Shown here in pieces: positions 1-10,315 of a DNA stretch of 64,000 nt (its first letter is position 1; each line of letters opens with the position of its first letter). The translations under genes were made by a program, and so were the position numbers. The stretch is from Deinococcus sp. (GTDB lineage Bacteria > Deinococcota > Deinococci > Deinococcales > Deinococcaceae), in the NCBI GenBank assembly GCA_965261005.1, contig OZ253375.1, positions 832,001 through 896,000 on the forward strand, read 5' to 3'. Below the pieces are notes generated by a model. The model was not told the DNA's origin. It was given only the letters and a program-made list of their open reading frames with translations, and searched no databases.

Positions 1-411
1 TGCGGGCGTGACCAGACCGGCCTGCAAAGCGTCGTCCAGCTCGTCGGCGTCGAGGAGTTGAGTGACCCCGCCCGGCGTCACCACCACATCGAGGTACAGG
101 TCGTCGGCCCAAGGCACGCCGTCCGCGCCTACCCCATGTCCAGCCACAATGTCCACGTACCAAAACATCACCCGCCCCGAGGCGTCGCATTGGGCGTTGA
201 GGGTGTGAAAGGCGCCGTCCGGGTAGAAGTACAGCCACCTGTAGCCTGCATCGAGAATCTTGCTTTTCAGGCCGCAGCTCGTGATCCACAGCGGCTCGCG
301 GACCTCGTGCGCGTCCAGATGGGTCAGCACGCCGCCCGGCACGCGCCGCACCGTCACCGTAGACTCTGGCACGCGGGACCAGCCCGACCAGTTCAGGTAT
401 TTGCGCTTCAC
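1..411 (-). CDS. DUF402-family protein, 3' end outside window; missing from ORF track
   Basis: Manual translation from GTG at 411, overlapping the purN stop: [14 protein letters not shown]...FWYVDIV...[11 protein letters not shown]...[11 protein letters not shown]. The WYVDI/DLYLDV/DxDEL motifs are typical of DUF402. Confidence 0.75.
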   Translation of the reverse strand, partial: MKRKYLNWSGWSRVPESTVTVRRVPGGVLTHLDAHEVREPLWITSCGLKSKILDAGYRWLYFYPDGAFHTLNAQCDASGRVMFWYVDIVAGHGVGADGVPWADDLYLDVVVTPGGVTQLLDADELDDALQAGLVTPA

Positions 412-1010
412 GTCGGCAGCCCTTCCTCTACCAAGCGGGCCAGCGTATTTACCAAAAGTTCCTGCTCGGCGGCCTGCACGCGCGCTCGCAGGGTGTCCAC
501 GGTGTCCCCCGGCAAGACCGGCACGCGCGCCCGCGCCAGCACCGGGCCGGCGTCGTACTCGCCGGTGACGAGGTGGACGCTCGCGCCGCTCTCCCCCGCC
601 CCGCTCGCCAGCACCGCCGCGTGGACGCGGTCGCCATACAGCCCCCGCCCGCCAAAGTCGGGCAGCAGCGAGGGGTGGACGTTGAGGGTGCGGTTTTGGT
701 AGCGCGCCAGGGTGCGCGGGCCGAGCGGGCGCATATAGCCCGACAGGACCACCAGGTCCACGCCATGCGCCTGCAAGGTTTCCAAAATGGCCGCGTCCAG
801 GGCGGCTGGGTCCCCGTGGGTGGCGGAGCTGAGATGGGCGGTTGCCAGCCCGGCCTCGCGGGCGTACCTCAGCGCGGCGGCGGCGCTGTTGTTGCTGATC
901 GCCAGTGTGGGGACGGCGTTCAGACGCCCGGCGCGGCAAGCGGCGACCACGGCGCGCATGCCGCCGCCGCCGTGCGAAGCCAGAAAGCCGATGTTGGGTG
1001 CCCTTTTCAC
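408..1010 (-). CDS. purN: Phosphoribosylglycinamide formyltransferase
   Basis: ASHGGG N-terminus, [27 protein letters not shown] formyltransferase motifs. Confidence 0.9.
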   Translation of the reverse strand: MKRAPNIGFLASHGGGGMRAVVAACRAGRLNAVPTLAISNNSAAAALRYAREAGLATAHLSSATHGDPAALDAAILETLQAHGVDLVVLSGYMRPLGPRTLARYQNRTLNVHPSLLPDFGGRGLYGDRVHAAVLASGAGESGASVHLVTGEYDAGPVLARARVPVLPGDTVDTLRARVQAAEQELLVNTLARLVEEGLPT

Positions 1011-1013
1011 GCG

Positions 1014-2390
1014 CTACGCGCCGCGCTCCACGTTGCCGATCTCGCGCAGCAGCTCCGCACTGGTCAGGATGCCGTTGTGGTAGTCGGCCAGCGCGAAGGA
1101 CTCGTTGGGCGAGTGCGGGGCGTCCTCGTTGAGGCCGAAGTCCACCAGCAGGACGGGCGCTTTCAGAATCTCGCGGAAGCCCGCCACGATGGGAATGCTG
1201 CCTCCCCCACGCGCGAAGGCGGCCGGCTGGCCGTAGACCGCAGTGAGGGCGCGGTCGGCGGCGGCAATGTAAGGCGAGTCGAGGTCCACCACCACCGGCT
1301 GCCCGCCGTGCAGGCCGAGCACCTCGACCCTGACCCCCTCGGGGGCCAGCGACTCGATGTGGCTCTTCGCGAGCTGGGTGATGCGCTCCGGGTCTTGACC
1401 CGGCACCAGGCGCATGCTGATCTTGGCGCCCGCCCTCGCGGCGATGACGGTCTTGCTGCCCTCCCCTTGGTAGCCGCCCCAAATGCCGTTCACGTCCAGG
1501 GTGGGCCGCGCCCACAGGCGCTCCAAGGTGCTGTAGCCCGCCTCACCGGGCAAGCTGGGCACGCCGATGGAGGCGGCGAACTCGGCGTCTTGGTGGGGCA
1601 AGCCCGCCCACATCTCGCGCTCGGTCTCGCTGAGTTCCTGCACGCCGTCGTAGAAGCCGGGAATGGTGATGCGGTTTTGGTCGTCCTTGAGTCGGGCGAT
1701 GATCTGGCACAGGGCATTGATGGGGTTCGGCGCCGCGCCCCCGTAGCTGCCCGAGTGCAGGTCGCGGCTGGCCCCCTGCACGTGGACCTCGACGTAGGCC
1801 AGGCCGCGCAGACCGTAGGTGACGGTCGGCACGTCGGGGGCGAAACGCGAGCCGTCCGAGATCACGATTACGTCGCAGGCGAGTTCGGCCGCGTGCGCCC
1901 GCAGGTACGGCTCCAGGTTGGGGCTGCCGACCTCCTCCTCACCCTCCAGCAGGAACTTGACGTTCACCGGCAGCTCGCCGCCGTGCTCATCACCGTGCAG
2001 CAGCAGCTCCACGCCGCGAATATGGGCGTAGGCCTGGCCCTTGTCGTCGGTGGCGCCGCGCGCGTAGACCCGGCCGTCCCGCACGGTCGGCTCAAAGGCG
2101 GGGGTGCGCCACTCGCTCTCGGGAGCCTCGGGCTGCACGTCGTAGTGGCCGTAGATCAAGACCGTGGGCGCGCCGGGGGCGTTGAGGCGTTCGGCGTACA
2201 CGGCCGGGTGCCCGGCCGTGTCGTCCACCCGCGCCGCGAAGCCGAGCCGGGCCAGCTTGTCCTGCAAAAAGGCGGCGGCGCGGGCCATGTCCCCTTTGTG
2301 GGACGGGTCGGCGGACACCGAGGGGATGCGCAGCAGGTCGAAGAGTTCGGCGTCAGCGGCTTGGGTGTCGAGTTGGTCGCGCAGGGTCAT
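1014..2390 (-). CDS. M20 family dipeptidase
   Basis: [35 protein letters not shown] motifs. Confidence 0.9.
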   Translation of the reverse strand: MTLRDQLDTQAADAELFDLLRIPSVSADPSHKGDMARAAAFLQDKLARLGFAARVDDTAGHPAVYAERLNAPGAPTVLIYGHYDVQPEAPESEWRTPAFEPTVRDGRVYARGATDDKGQAYAHIRGVELLLHGDEHGGELPVNVKFLLEGEEEVGSPNLEPYLRAHAAELACDVIVISDGSRFAPDVPTVTYGLRGLAYVEVHVQGASRDLHSGSYGGAAPNPINALCQIIARLKDDQNRITIPGFYDGVQELSETEREMWAGLPHQDAEFAASIGVPSLPGEAGYSTLERLWARPTLDVNGIWGGYQGEGSKTVIAARAGAKISMRLVPGQDPERITQLAKSHIESLAPEGVRVEVLGLHGGQPVVVDLDSPYIAAADRALTAVYGQPAAFARGGGSIPIVAGFREILKAPVLLVDFGLNEDAPHSPNESFALADYHNGILTSAELLREIGNVERGA

Positions 2391-2403
2391 GAGCGCATGA
2401 TAC

Positions 2404-2450
2404 GGATTCAGGAACGGCCGTCAACGCAACGGACGGCCGTTCCTGAATCC
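2404..2450. repeat. Perfect 19-bp inverted repeat with 9-nt loop, downstream of the GH9 gene
   Basis: GGATTCAGGAACGGCCGTC (2404-2422) pairs with GACGGCCGTTCCTGAATCC (2432-2450). Confidence 0.85.
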
Positions 2451-2469
2451 TGTTGTCTACTTGTCGGGT

Positions 2470-5118
2470 CTACTTGTTGGCCGCCTGATCCAGAAACGCC
2501 GCGACCCAGGCCAAGGGCGCGTTCCAATTGATGGCGACCTCGTTGACCGAGTAGGCCCCGGTGTCGTCCACGTAGCACGTCTGCGGCGCGCACTTGCCGG
2601 CGAGCTTCGAGGCGATGGGGTCGCTCGGGTCGGAGTTCGGGCCGCCGGACAGCGCGCCCGCCGGCGACAGCGGAAAGCTGGCGTCCAGCTCGTGCGCCCA
2701 GAAGCGGTGGTGCGGGTTGGTCAGGGGCCGCGCGCCGTAGCCCGACACATAGGACTTATCCATCGGGTTGCGGCCCAACAGGTAGTTCATGCCCTCCAAG
2801 GCGGCGTTGAGGTAGGTGAGGTTGCCGGTAAAGCCGTAGGCCGTGCCCAGCACCAAGCCCCGGTTGAGGACGTTGCTGTTCGATCCCCAAGGATAGTCCT
2901 TCGAGCTGAACGGCAGGCCGTAGCCTTCTTTGCTCACGTCCTGGACATACGCGTTTGCGGCAGCGATCAGGTTGTTCTTGGCCGTCGCCACGTCGGCGGC
3001 GGGCAGCTGGTTGGGCGCCAGCGCGAGCGTGATGGTGCCGGCGGTGGTCAGCTCGGGCCAAGCGAGGTCGTGGCTCAGGTCGCCCTTGGTGGCCTTGAGG
3101 TACAGCGGGCTGCCCTTCAGCGCGTCCAGGTAGGCTGACTGCCCGGTGGTGGCGTAGAGTTCGGCGGCGGCCCAGTAAAACTCGTCGCTCACGTCGGTGT
3201 CCGCATAGCCGCCGCCGCCCACGTTCACGTCGTAGGCGTACACGGCGGGGTTGCGCCGCGCGGCGGCCCAGGCCCGTTGCGCCGATTCCAGGCACTTCTG
3301 CGCGTAGGCGTCGTTCACGCCCCTGAACACGCGGGCGCACTGCGCCGCCGTCGCGGCCAGGTTCAGGGTCGCCGCGGTGCTGGGCGGGTACAGAAAGCGC
3401 GGCTGGGGGTCTTGGTCGGGCCGCAAGGGCAGGCCGGTCCAGGCGACGTCGTGCAGCTTGTGGTGCGCCATGCCCGAAGCGTCCACGGGGCTGAACTTCA
3501 GCGCCGACACATGACCGCTTTGGTCGCCCACTGGCAATTGCAGCGTTTTGCCGTCCGGCACCTGCATGGCCATCAAGAAGTCCATTTCCCAGCGCGCCTC
3601 GTCCAGAAGATCGTTCTGGCCGTTGGCCCGCTCGGGAATACGCAGTTTGCCGTCGGCGAACGCCTGCACGCCGCCGCGCCGCGCGTTCCACTCGTACTCG
3701 TTCAGCAGGGTCCAGGCCGCGACGCCGCCGTTGACCACGTACTTGCCTTGGTCGCCCGCGTCGTACCAGCCGCCCTGGGCGTTCAGCGTGTAGTCGCAGC
3801 CGGGCCAAAGGTTGCCCTTGGCGTCGGCGCCGTGAAAGCAGGTCACGCCGGCGTCACCCTGGTTGGGGGCAACGTTGACGTGGCCGGCGGGCCGCGCCCA
3901 CTTGGCGTCCCCGACGTACTGCGCCTCAATGGGAATGCCGCTACGGTTGTGGTAGAAGTATGCCAAAGCGTCGTACTTCAGGGTGGCGTAGATGTCCTTG
4001 GAGATGCGAAAAGGGTGGCTACGCAAACCCGCGACCTCCAGCACGTCGCCGTCACCTGGCGCCGTCACGCCCGAAAAGTCGGCCTGATGCACGTGTTCGC
4101 CCGAGGCCGCGTCCGCGCCGAAGATCTTGGTCTTGCCCGAGGCGAGCACCTTGCCGCTCTGGTCGAGCACGTTCCAGTCGAGCGGCACGGCCGAGTCGTG
4201 CGCGATGGTCGCCAGCTTCGGCGCGGTCGGCAGGTAGCCCACCTGGTTGACCCGCACGGTGGCACGGTCGTCCACTGCCGCCCCACCCACGCCCGCGCCG
4301 AACTTCGGCCCCCGGACCGACACGTTGCTCAGACACACCCGCGTGGCCTTTTGCCCGCCCAGCTGAAACTGCATCACGGCCTTGGCGTCGTCGGGGTTCT
4401 GCATGGTGAAGCTGAAGTTGTAGGCCTTGGCCGTGGTCGAAACGTCGCCGATCTGCTGCTCAAAGTAGGCGGTATACGGCGCGGCGTCCAGCTGAAGCAG
4501 CACCTTGAACGCGGTGGGCACGTCGGCGCGGGCCGTGAACGACACGCTGTAGCTCGCGCCCTGGGTGAGGCCCACGCCGCTTTGCCCGAAGATCACATCG
4601 TAGGTGTTGGTGCCCGGATTGGCGACGTTCAGGCACGCCTCGCCGTTTTGCACGGTCGGAGCGGGGACGCCGGCGGTCCACCAAGGATTGGCGTCCGTTT
4701 GAAAGGTGCCGTTGGTTAGCAACTCGCCCACCGAGGTGTCGGCGATGTTGACCGTCACCGCGACCGGGTTCGACATCATGTTGAGTCCGGCCTTGTCGAA
4801 CGCTTGGGCGGTGTAGATGTGCTGCCCGCTCAGCGTGGCCGTGGCGCCGACGGTGAAGGTGTACGGCGCGGCGGTGTCCTCGCCCAGCTTTTTACCCTTG
4901 TCGTAAAACACCACCTTGGCGATGCCGCCGGCGTCCTGGGCGTCGGCGCTCAACACGATGTCGCCGCCCTTGGTGACGTTTGCAGCGCTCGACGTGAGCG
5001 TGACGGTCGGCCGGGTGGTGTCGCCGGGCGTACTGGGCGTGCCCGCCAACCCACCGCACGCGACCAGGGGAACGCCCAGCAGCAACAGGGCGGTGTGCCG
5101 AACGACGTTTCCGAGCAT
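2470..5118 (-). CDS. Lipoprotein GH9 endoglucanase (Ig-like + CBM4/9 + CelD_N Ig + GH9)
   Basis: Start reassigned to ATG 5118 (AGGAGG RBS). Lipobox LVAC, RVNQVGY, GGWYDAGDQGKY, PHHR, YSVNEVAINWNAPL GH9 signatures. Confidence 0.9.
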   Translation of the reverse strand: MLGNVVRHTALLLLGVPLVACGGLAGTPSTPGDTTRPTVTLTSSAANVTKGGDIVLSADAQDAGGIAKVVFYDKGKKLGEDTAAPYTFTVGATATLSGQHIYTAQAFDKAGLNMMSNPVAVTVNIADTSVGELLTNGTFQTDANPWWTAGVPAPTVQNGEACLNVANPGTNTYDVIFGQSGVGLTQGASYSVSFTARADVPTAFKVLLQLDAAPYTAYFEQQIGDVSTTAKAYNFSFTMQNPDDAKAVMQFQLGGQKATRVCLSNVSVRGPKFGAGVGGAAVDDRATVRVNQVGYLPTAPKLATIAHDSAVPLDWNVLDQSGKVLASGKTKIFGADAASGEHVHQADFSGVTAPGDGDVLEVAGLRSHPFRISKDIYATLKYDALAYFYHNRSGIPIEAQYVGDAKWARPAGHVNVAPNQGDAGVTCFHGADAKGNLWPGCDYTLNAQGGWYDAGDQGKYVVNGGVAAWTLLNEYEWNARRGGVQAFADGKLRIPERANGQNDLLDEARWEMDFLMAMQVPDGKTLQLPVGDQSGHVSALKFSPVDASGMAHHKLHDVAWTGLPLRPDQDPQPRFLYPPSTAATLNLAATAAQCARVFRGVNDAYAQKCLESAQRAWAAARRNPAVYAYDVNVGGGGYADTDVSDEFYWAAAELYATTGQSAYLDALKGSPLYLKATKGDLSHDLAWPELTTAGTITLALAPNQLPAADVATAKNNLIAAANAYVQDVSKEGYGLPFSSKDYPWGSNSNVLNRGLVLGTAYGFTGNLTYLNAALEGMNYLLGRNPMDKSYVSGYGARPLTNPHHRFWAHELDASFPLSPAGALSGGPNSDPSDPIASKLAGKCAPQTCYVDDTGAYSVNEVAINWNAPLAWVAAFLDQAANK

Positions 5119-5239
5119 GTCTTTCCTCCTCAAAAAGTTGGCTGGGTGCGGGGGAGAGCAGCAGAAAGGCCCCTCCGGGCTTTTCTGCCCGCGACGCGAA
5201 CACGCGCGGGTTTCCGGCGTGGCGACCCTCTTGCGAATT

Positions 5240-5253
5240 TGAAAGCGCTTGCG
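5240..5253. promoter_or_regulatory. LacI/GalR-type (cre-like) operator upstream of the GH9 gene
   Basis: TGAAAGCGCTTGCG with central AAGCGCTT palindrome; second related half-site TGAAACCG at 5268. Confidence 0.5.
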
Positions 5254-5491
5254 GCTATCTTTTCGTTTGAAACCGGAAATGTCAAGCCGAGCGGTGAGCA
5301 GCTCGCGGTTGCACAAGATTTTCCTTATACCGCAACCCATTCAGTTGCGAGCAGAAGCAACGACCGCTCGACGTCACGCCCCGCAGTCATCGCTTGGCGG
5401 GTACTTATCGGCCAGCTCGGGCCGCTCGCCCACAGATTCGGACGAGACGAAAACGTGTTGTACGCCCGGCTCGCCCAGGACGGCCGGCAGA

Positions 5492-6336
<845 letters not shown>

Positions 6337-6340
<4 letters not shown>

Positions 6341-7353
6341 TTGACGGTCTCCCCGATCAAATTGGTGCTCAAGCCGAAGTTGTCGGCGTAGAGGCCCTGA
6401 ATGGCCGCGTACTCGTCGTCCGCGAGAGGCTCAGCGTCGAAGCTGGCGGCGTAGTTCTCCAGGCCGGTCTCGTCGTAGATGTTGGGCAGCACCGAGGCCA
6501 TCGCGGGGGAGCGCAGCGCCCACTGAATCGCCAACTGGCCGAGGGTGCGCCCGTTCAGGAAACGAGAGAGCATGTCTACCTTTTTTAAGCCGTCCTCCAT
6601 CCAAGCCTTTTTGCGCTCGTTGGTGGTCAGGCGCCAATTGCGGTGGTCGCCCGGCTCGAAGGTGGTGTCGGCCGTCATGTACCCCTCCAGCAGGCCCGAG
6701 GCGTGCGGCACGCGGGCGACCACGCCGACGCCCACCTCCTCGGCCACCGGCAGGATTTGCTCGCCGAGCTGCTGCTCCAACAGGTTGTAGATGATCTGGG
6801 TGGGGGCGCGGCGCTCACGGACGCTGGCAATCCCCTCTTCAATCTGGCGCTCGTTGAGGGCCGGCCCCAGGGCGGTGCCGTAGGCGCGGATCAGGCCCTC
6901 TCCCCTCGCCCTCTCCAGCTCGGCCCAAAGGTCATCTTGCAAAATGGCGTCCAGGCGCGGGTTGTGCAGTTGGTAGTAGTCAATGCGGTCGGTCTGAAGG
7001 CGCTTCAAGCTGCCTTCGAGCGCCTTGCGAAGATATTCAGGACTCCAGTCGTGCGGGCGCTCCTGCTGGCCGGGCCGCTCGGGGTTGGTGTAGATGTCGT
7101 AGCCGAACTTGGTGGCGATCAGGAGGTCGTCGCGCTCGTCGCCGAGCGCCCTCACCAAGATTTCCTCGGCGGCCCCGCTGGCGTAGGTGTCGGCGGTGTC
7201 GAAAAAGGTCACGCCGAGGTCAAAGGCGCGGCGCAGCAGGCGCAAGCCCAGAGCCTCGTCCTTGACGCCCCACCAGGTCGTGCCCACCGTCCACACACCG
7301 AACCCCAGCGCGCTGGGGCGCAGGTCGGTGCCGAGAAGTTGCCGGTATTCCAT
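6337..7353 (-). CDS. Aldo/keto reductase
   Basis: [36 protein letters not shown]. Confidence 0.9.
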
Positions 7354-7442
7354 GCCGGCATGATACGGGGCGCCGGTCAGGACAAATGGGCCGGGAACGG
7401 GCAGATGATCCGCCCGTTCCCGGTGTCGTCTTCTCTAAAGCT

Positions 7443-8429
7443 TTAGCGGTTGCGCTCCTCGGGCGTGACGATGATGACTTCTTCCCCGGCCATACTGGTC
7501 ATACCCGCGTTGGAGGTGTTAGAAGTGTCGCCCGACTGAGCGTTGTTCGATACACCCTGCTTGCCCAAATTGGTCGGCTCGCCCTTGGGCGGGGCGGAGT
7601 GGTACGCCGCGGGCGCGGCCGGCAGGTGTGGCTCTTGGCCCACCGCGAACGGCTCGGCGATGTAGTTGAAGGTGCCCTTGCCGTCGGGCGCCTGGCCCTG
7701 CGCCCACGGTCCCTCGCCGCTCTTGGTGTCGCTCGGGTTCTGGGCGTAGGCCATAAAGGCGTAGGCGTACTTCTGGTTTTCCTGGTCGAGCGGGAAGTCG
7801 GCCGGCGTGGGCAGGGCCGCGTCGCGCCCGCCGAACTCGTCGAGGGCCGCCAGCCACTGCAACTGGTGCATGTGGTCGCGGGCGATCATGAACTTGAGCA
7901 TGTCGCGCACGCCGGTGTCCTCGGTGAGTTCATACACCCGGCAGGCTTGCAGGCGGCCGTTCATCTCCTTGGTGGCGTTGTCGTAGAGGTCGGGCACGAC
8001 GTTGCCGCTGGCGACGATGTAACCGGCCGTCCAAGGGTTGCCCACGCTGTCGGCGGGTAGCGCCCCGAGGCCGGTCACGATGGCGTGCTGCGGGGAGGCG
8101 TTCTCGAAGATGGAGCGCAGGTCGGCGCTCTTCTGCATGGCCTGGTCCTGCGAATCCGAGTCGCCGCTCAGCAGCATGGCCGCGCAGGTGGAGACCATCT
8201 CGACGTGGGCGATCTCCTCCATGGCCGTGTCGAGCAGCATGTCCTTGAGGCGCGCCAGGCGCACGTCGTTCTTGTCGCCGCGCAGCCCCCAGCCTTGGAA
8301 CAGGTACTGCATCATGACGCTCATCTCGCCGTAGTGGCCGCCGATCAGCTCCTGAATGGCGAGCGCCAGCTTGGGATCGGGGGCGTCCACGCGGACGGTG
8401 TACTGAAGCTGCTTGTTGCGGGTATACAT
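7443..8429 (-). CDS. Manganese catalase
   Basis: Start ATG 8429 with GGAGG RBS. GGHYGEMSVMMQY, EEIAHVEM, RDHMHQ dimanganese ligands. Confidence 0.9.
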   Translation of the reverse strand: MYTRNKQLQYTVRVDAPDPKLALAIQELIGGHYGEMSVMMQYLFQGWGLRGDKNDVRLARLKDMLLDTAMEEIAHVEMVSTCAAMLLSGDSDSQDQAMQKSADLRSIFENASPQHAIVTGLGALPADSVGNPWTAGYIVASGNVVPDLYDNATKEMNGRLQACRVYELTEDTGVRDMLKFMIARDHMHQLQWLAALDEFGGRDAALPTPADFPLDQENQKYAYAFMAYAQNPSDTKSGEGPWAQGQAPDGKGTFNYIAEPFAVGQEPHLPAAPAAYHSAPPKGEPTNLGKQGVSNNAQSGDTSNTSNAGMTSMAGEEVIIVTPEERNR

Positions 8430-8673
8430 GTCGAAACCTCCAAAGGGAAAGGCCGGCCGGATGGACTTCACCCGGCAAGAATATTGCCCTACTTCGGCGT
8501 ATGAATAGAGCACGCCCTTTCGCAGCAAACCCAGTCTAGGCGGCTTGCTTTTTGCGCGCCCAGACGCATGTTTTAGTCATCTCTTATTCATTGGCTTCAT
8601 TCTCGGGACTTCTTGAGGGGGCGATGTAGATGTGCCCTCAACGGGCTTTATCAAGCGTCTGCTAGCCTGCCCC

Positions 8674-9024
8674 ATGCTCAAACACGTCTCCTTCGTCACC
8701 CGCGACGCGGACGCCACCGCCGCGTTTTATACCCGGTTGGGCGGCCGGCTTTTGAAAGACGTGACCGCCCCGGACGGGCTGCGCCGCCTGGTCATCGGCT
8801 TTGCGGGCGGCAAGCTGCAATTTTTTATCGGGGAGCCACATGTGGGCGCGTCCTGGATGGATCACGTCGCCTTGATCCTGCCCGATCTACGGGCAACCTT
8901 GGCGAACTTGCGGGCGGGCGGCGTCCCCTTTTCGCGCGAACCACACCTCTCCCCCGGCGGCAACCCGGTCGCCTTCGTACTCGACCCCGACGGCCGCCAG
9001 GTGGAGTTGCTGCAAGGGGAATAG
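8674..9024 (+). CDS. VOC/glyoxalase family protein
   Basis: LKHVSF..DA...AFY, DHVAL, FVLDPDGRQVEL; leaderless start after TAGCCT. Confidence 0.85.
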   Translation: MLKHVSFVTRDADATAAFYTRLGGRLLKDVTAPDGLRRLVIGFAGGKLQFFIGEPHVGASWMDHVALILPDLRATLANLRAGGVPFSREPHLSPGGNPVAFVLDPDGRQVELLQGE

Positions 9025-9025
9025 C

Positions 9026-10132
9026 TTATGGCCCGTCCTTGTACACCCGGCTCGGGTAGTAATACTCGTGCAGCAACACCTTGCCCAGCGCCGCCAGCGG
9101 CACCGCGACCAGGGCGCCCACGATGCCGGCCAGCGTGAGGCCGGCCAGAATGGCGAGGACCACCGTGACCGGGTGCAGGTCGGTGGAGCGGCCCAGGATA
9201 AGGGGCGAAAAGACGTGCCCCTCCAACTGGTTGGCCAGCACGAACACGCCGACCACCAGCAAGACCTTGACCCAGCCGAGCGGCAGCGCCAACAGCAAGG
9301 CCGGCGTGATGGCGATGATGACGCCCAAGTACGGCACGATGTTGGTGATGCCCGCCAGAAAGCCGATGGCAAGGGCCGACGGCAGCCCGATGATCGCGAG
9401 GCCCAAGCCGATCAGGGTGCCCACGATGGCCGCGATCAAAATCTGGCCGCGCAGGTAGCCGCCGACCGCGTGCTCCACGTTGCGCGACAAGTCCAGCACG
9501 AAGGGCTGCCAAGCGCGCGGAAAGATGCGCAACAGGGTGAGGCCGATGCGCTCGAAGTCGGACATCATGTAGATGCTCAGGATCAGGATGGCGACCGATT
9601 GCGCCAGCACGTTCGCCACGCTGACCAGGCTGCCGAATAGCACGCCGTTGTAGGACACCAAGCGCTCCAAAAAAGGGCCAACGCTGCGCGTCAGGGTTGC
9701 GGCGCCGTTTTGGGTCAGGCTGGTGATCTGCTCTCGGAAGCTCTTGACAAAGGAATTGTCGCCGTACTGCGTGAATAAGCCGTTGACCCAGATTGTCGCG
9801 CGGGCGGCCAAGTCGGGCACCTGGTTGGCCAAACTGAGAAACTGGTTCGCCACCACGAACACCAGCGACGAGGCCACCGCGACCAGGCCCAGCAGCAGCA
9901 GGATCACCAGCAGAATGCCCACCCCGCGCGGAATGCGCCGCCGCTGAAGCCAATTGAGCAGCGGGTTGGCCAGGTAGGCGATGATATAGGCGATCAGCGC
10001 CAGCGTGACCACCTCGCTGACCCGGCCGACGAGGCGGTAGAGCAGGTAGAGCAGCAGCAAAAAGACGGCGGCGCGCAGGTAGGGATTGCGCCACACCTCA
10101 GCAAAGGCGTTTCTGGGACGGTCGGCGTTCAC
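9026..10132 (-). CDS. AI-2E family transporter (PerM-like)
   Basis: Hydrophobic; AYLANP, GGYLRGQ, NIVPYLG, QLEGHVFSPLILG, LHPVTV motifs. Confidence 0.85.
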   Translation of the reverse strand: MNADRPRNAFAEVWRNPYLRAAVFLLLLYLLYRLVGRVSEVVTLALIAYIIAYLANPLLNWLQRRRIPRGVGILLVILLLLGLVAVASSLVFVVANQFLSLANQVPDLAARATIWVNGLFTQYGDNSFVKSFREQITSLTQNGAATLTRSVGPFLERLVSYNGVLFGSLVSVANVLAQSVAILILSIYMMSDFERIGLTLLRIFPRAWQPFVLDLSRNVEHAVGGYLRGQILIAAIVGTLIGLGLAIIGLPSALAIGFLAGITNIVPYLGVIIAITPALLLALPLGWVKVLLVVGVFVLANQLEGHVFSPLILGRSTDLHPVTVVLAILAGLTLAGIVGALVAVPLAALGKVLLHEYYYPSRVYKDGP

Positions 10133-10181
10133 CCGGCCAAGCTAACACGCGCCGGCCCTGATTTTTCAGGAATGACGCTTC

Positions 10182-10315
10182 ATCCGGATTCCGCTCAATT
10201 CCGTACAGTCGAGAACAGCGCTCGCCTGTACTCCATACCGCGAAACCCGTATCTCTTTCCTCCTCGCGCCGCTCCGAAGATTTCCGTACTGTACGGAAAT
10301 CTTCGGAATTCTTAT
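10182..10315. repeat. About 134-bp MITE-like small intergenic repeat with internal 17-bp perfect palindrome
   Basis: Degenerate termini ATCCGGATTCCG / CGGAATTCTTAT (9/12 complementary); internal TCCGAAGATTTCCGTAC-T-GTACGGAAATCTTCGGA at 10273-10307; lower GC than flanks. Confidence 0.6.

Noticed and set aside
573..2531. Long antisense or alternative-frame ORFs (e.g. 573-2531, 3277-4719, 10708-12324, 14774-16192, 18081-19391)
   Set aside because: Shadow ORFs of real genes, expected at high GC; no recognisable motifs.
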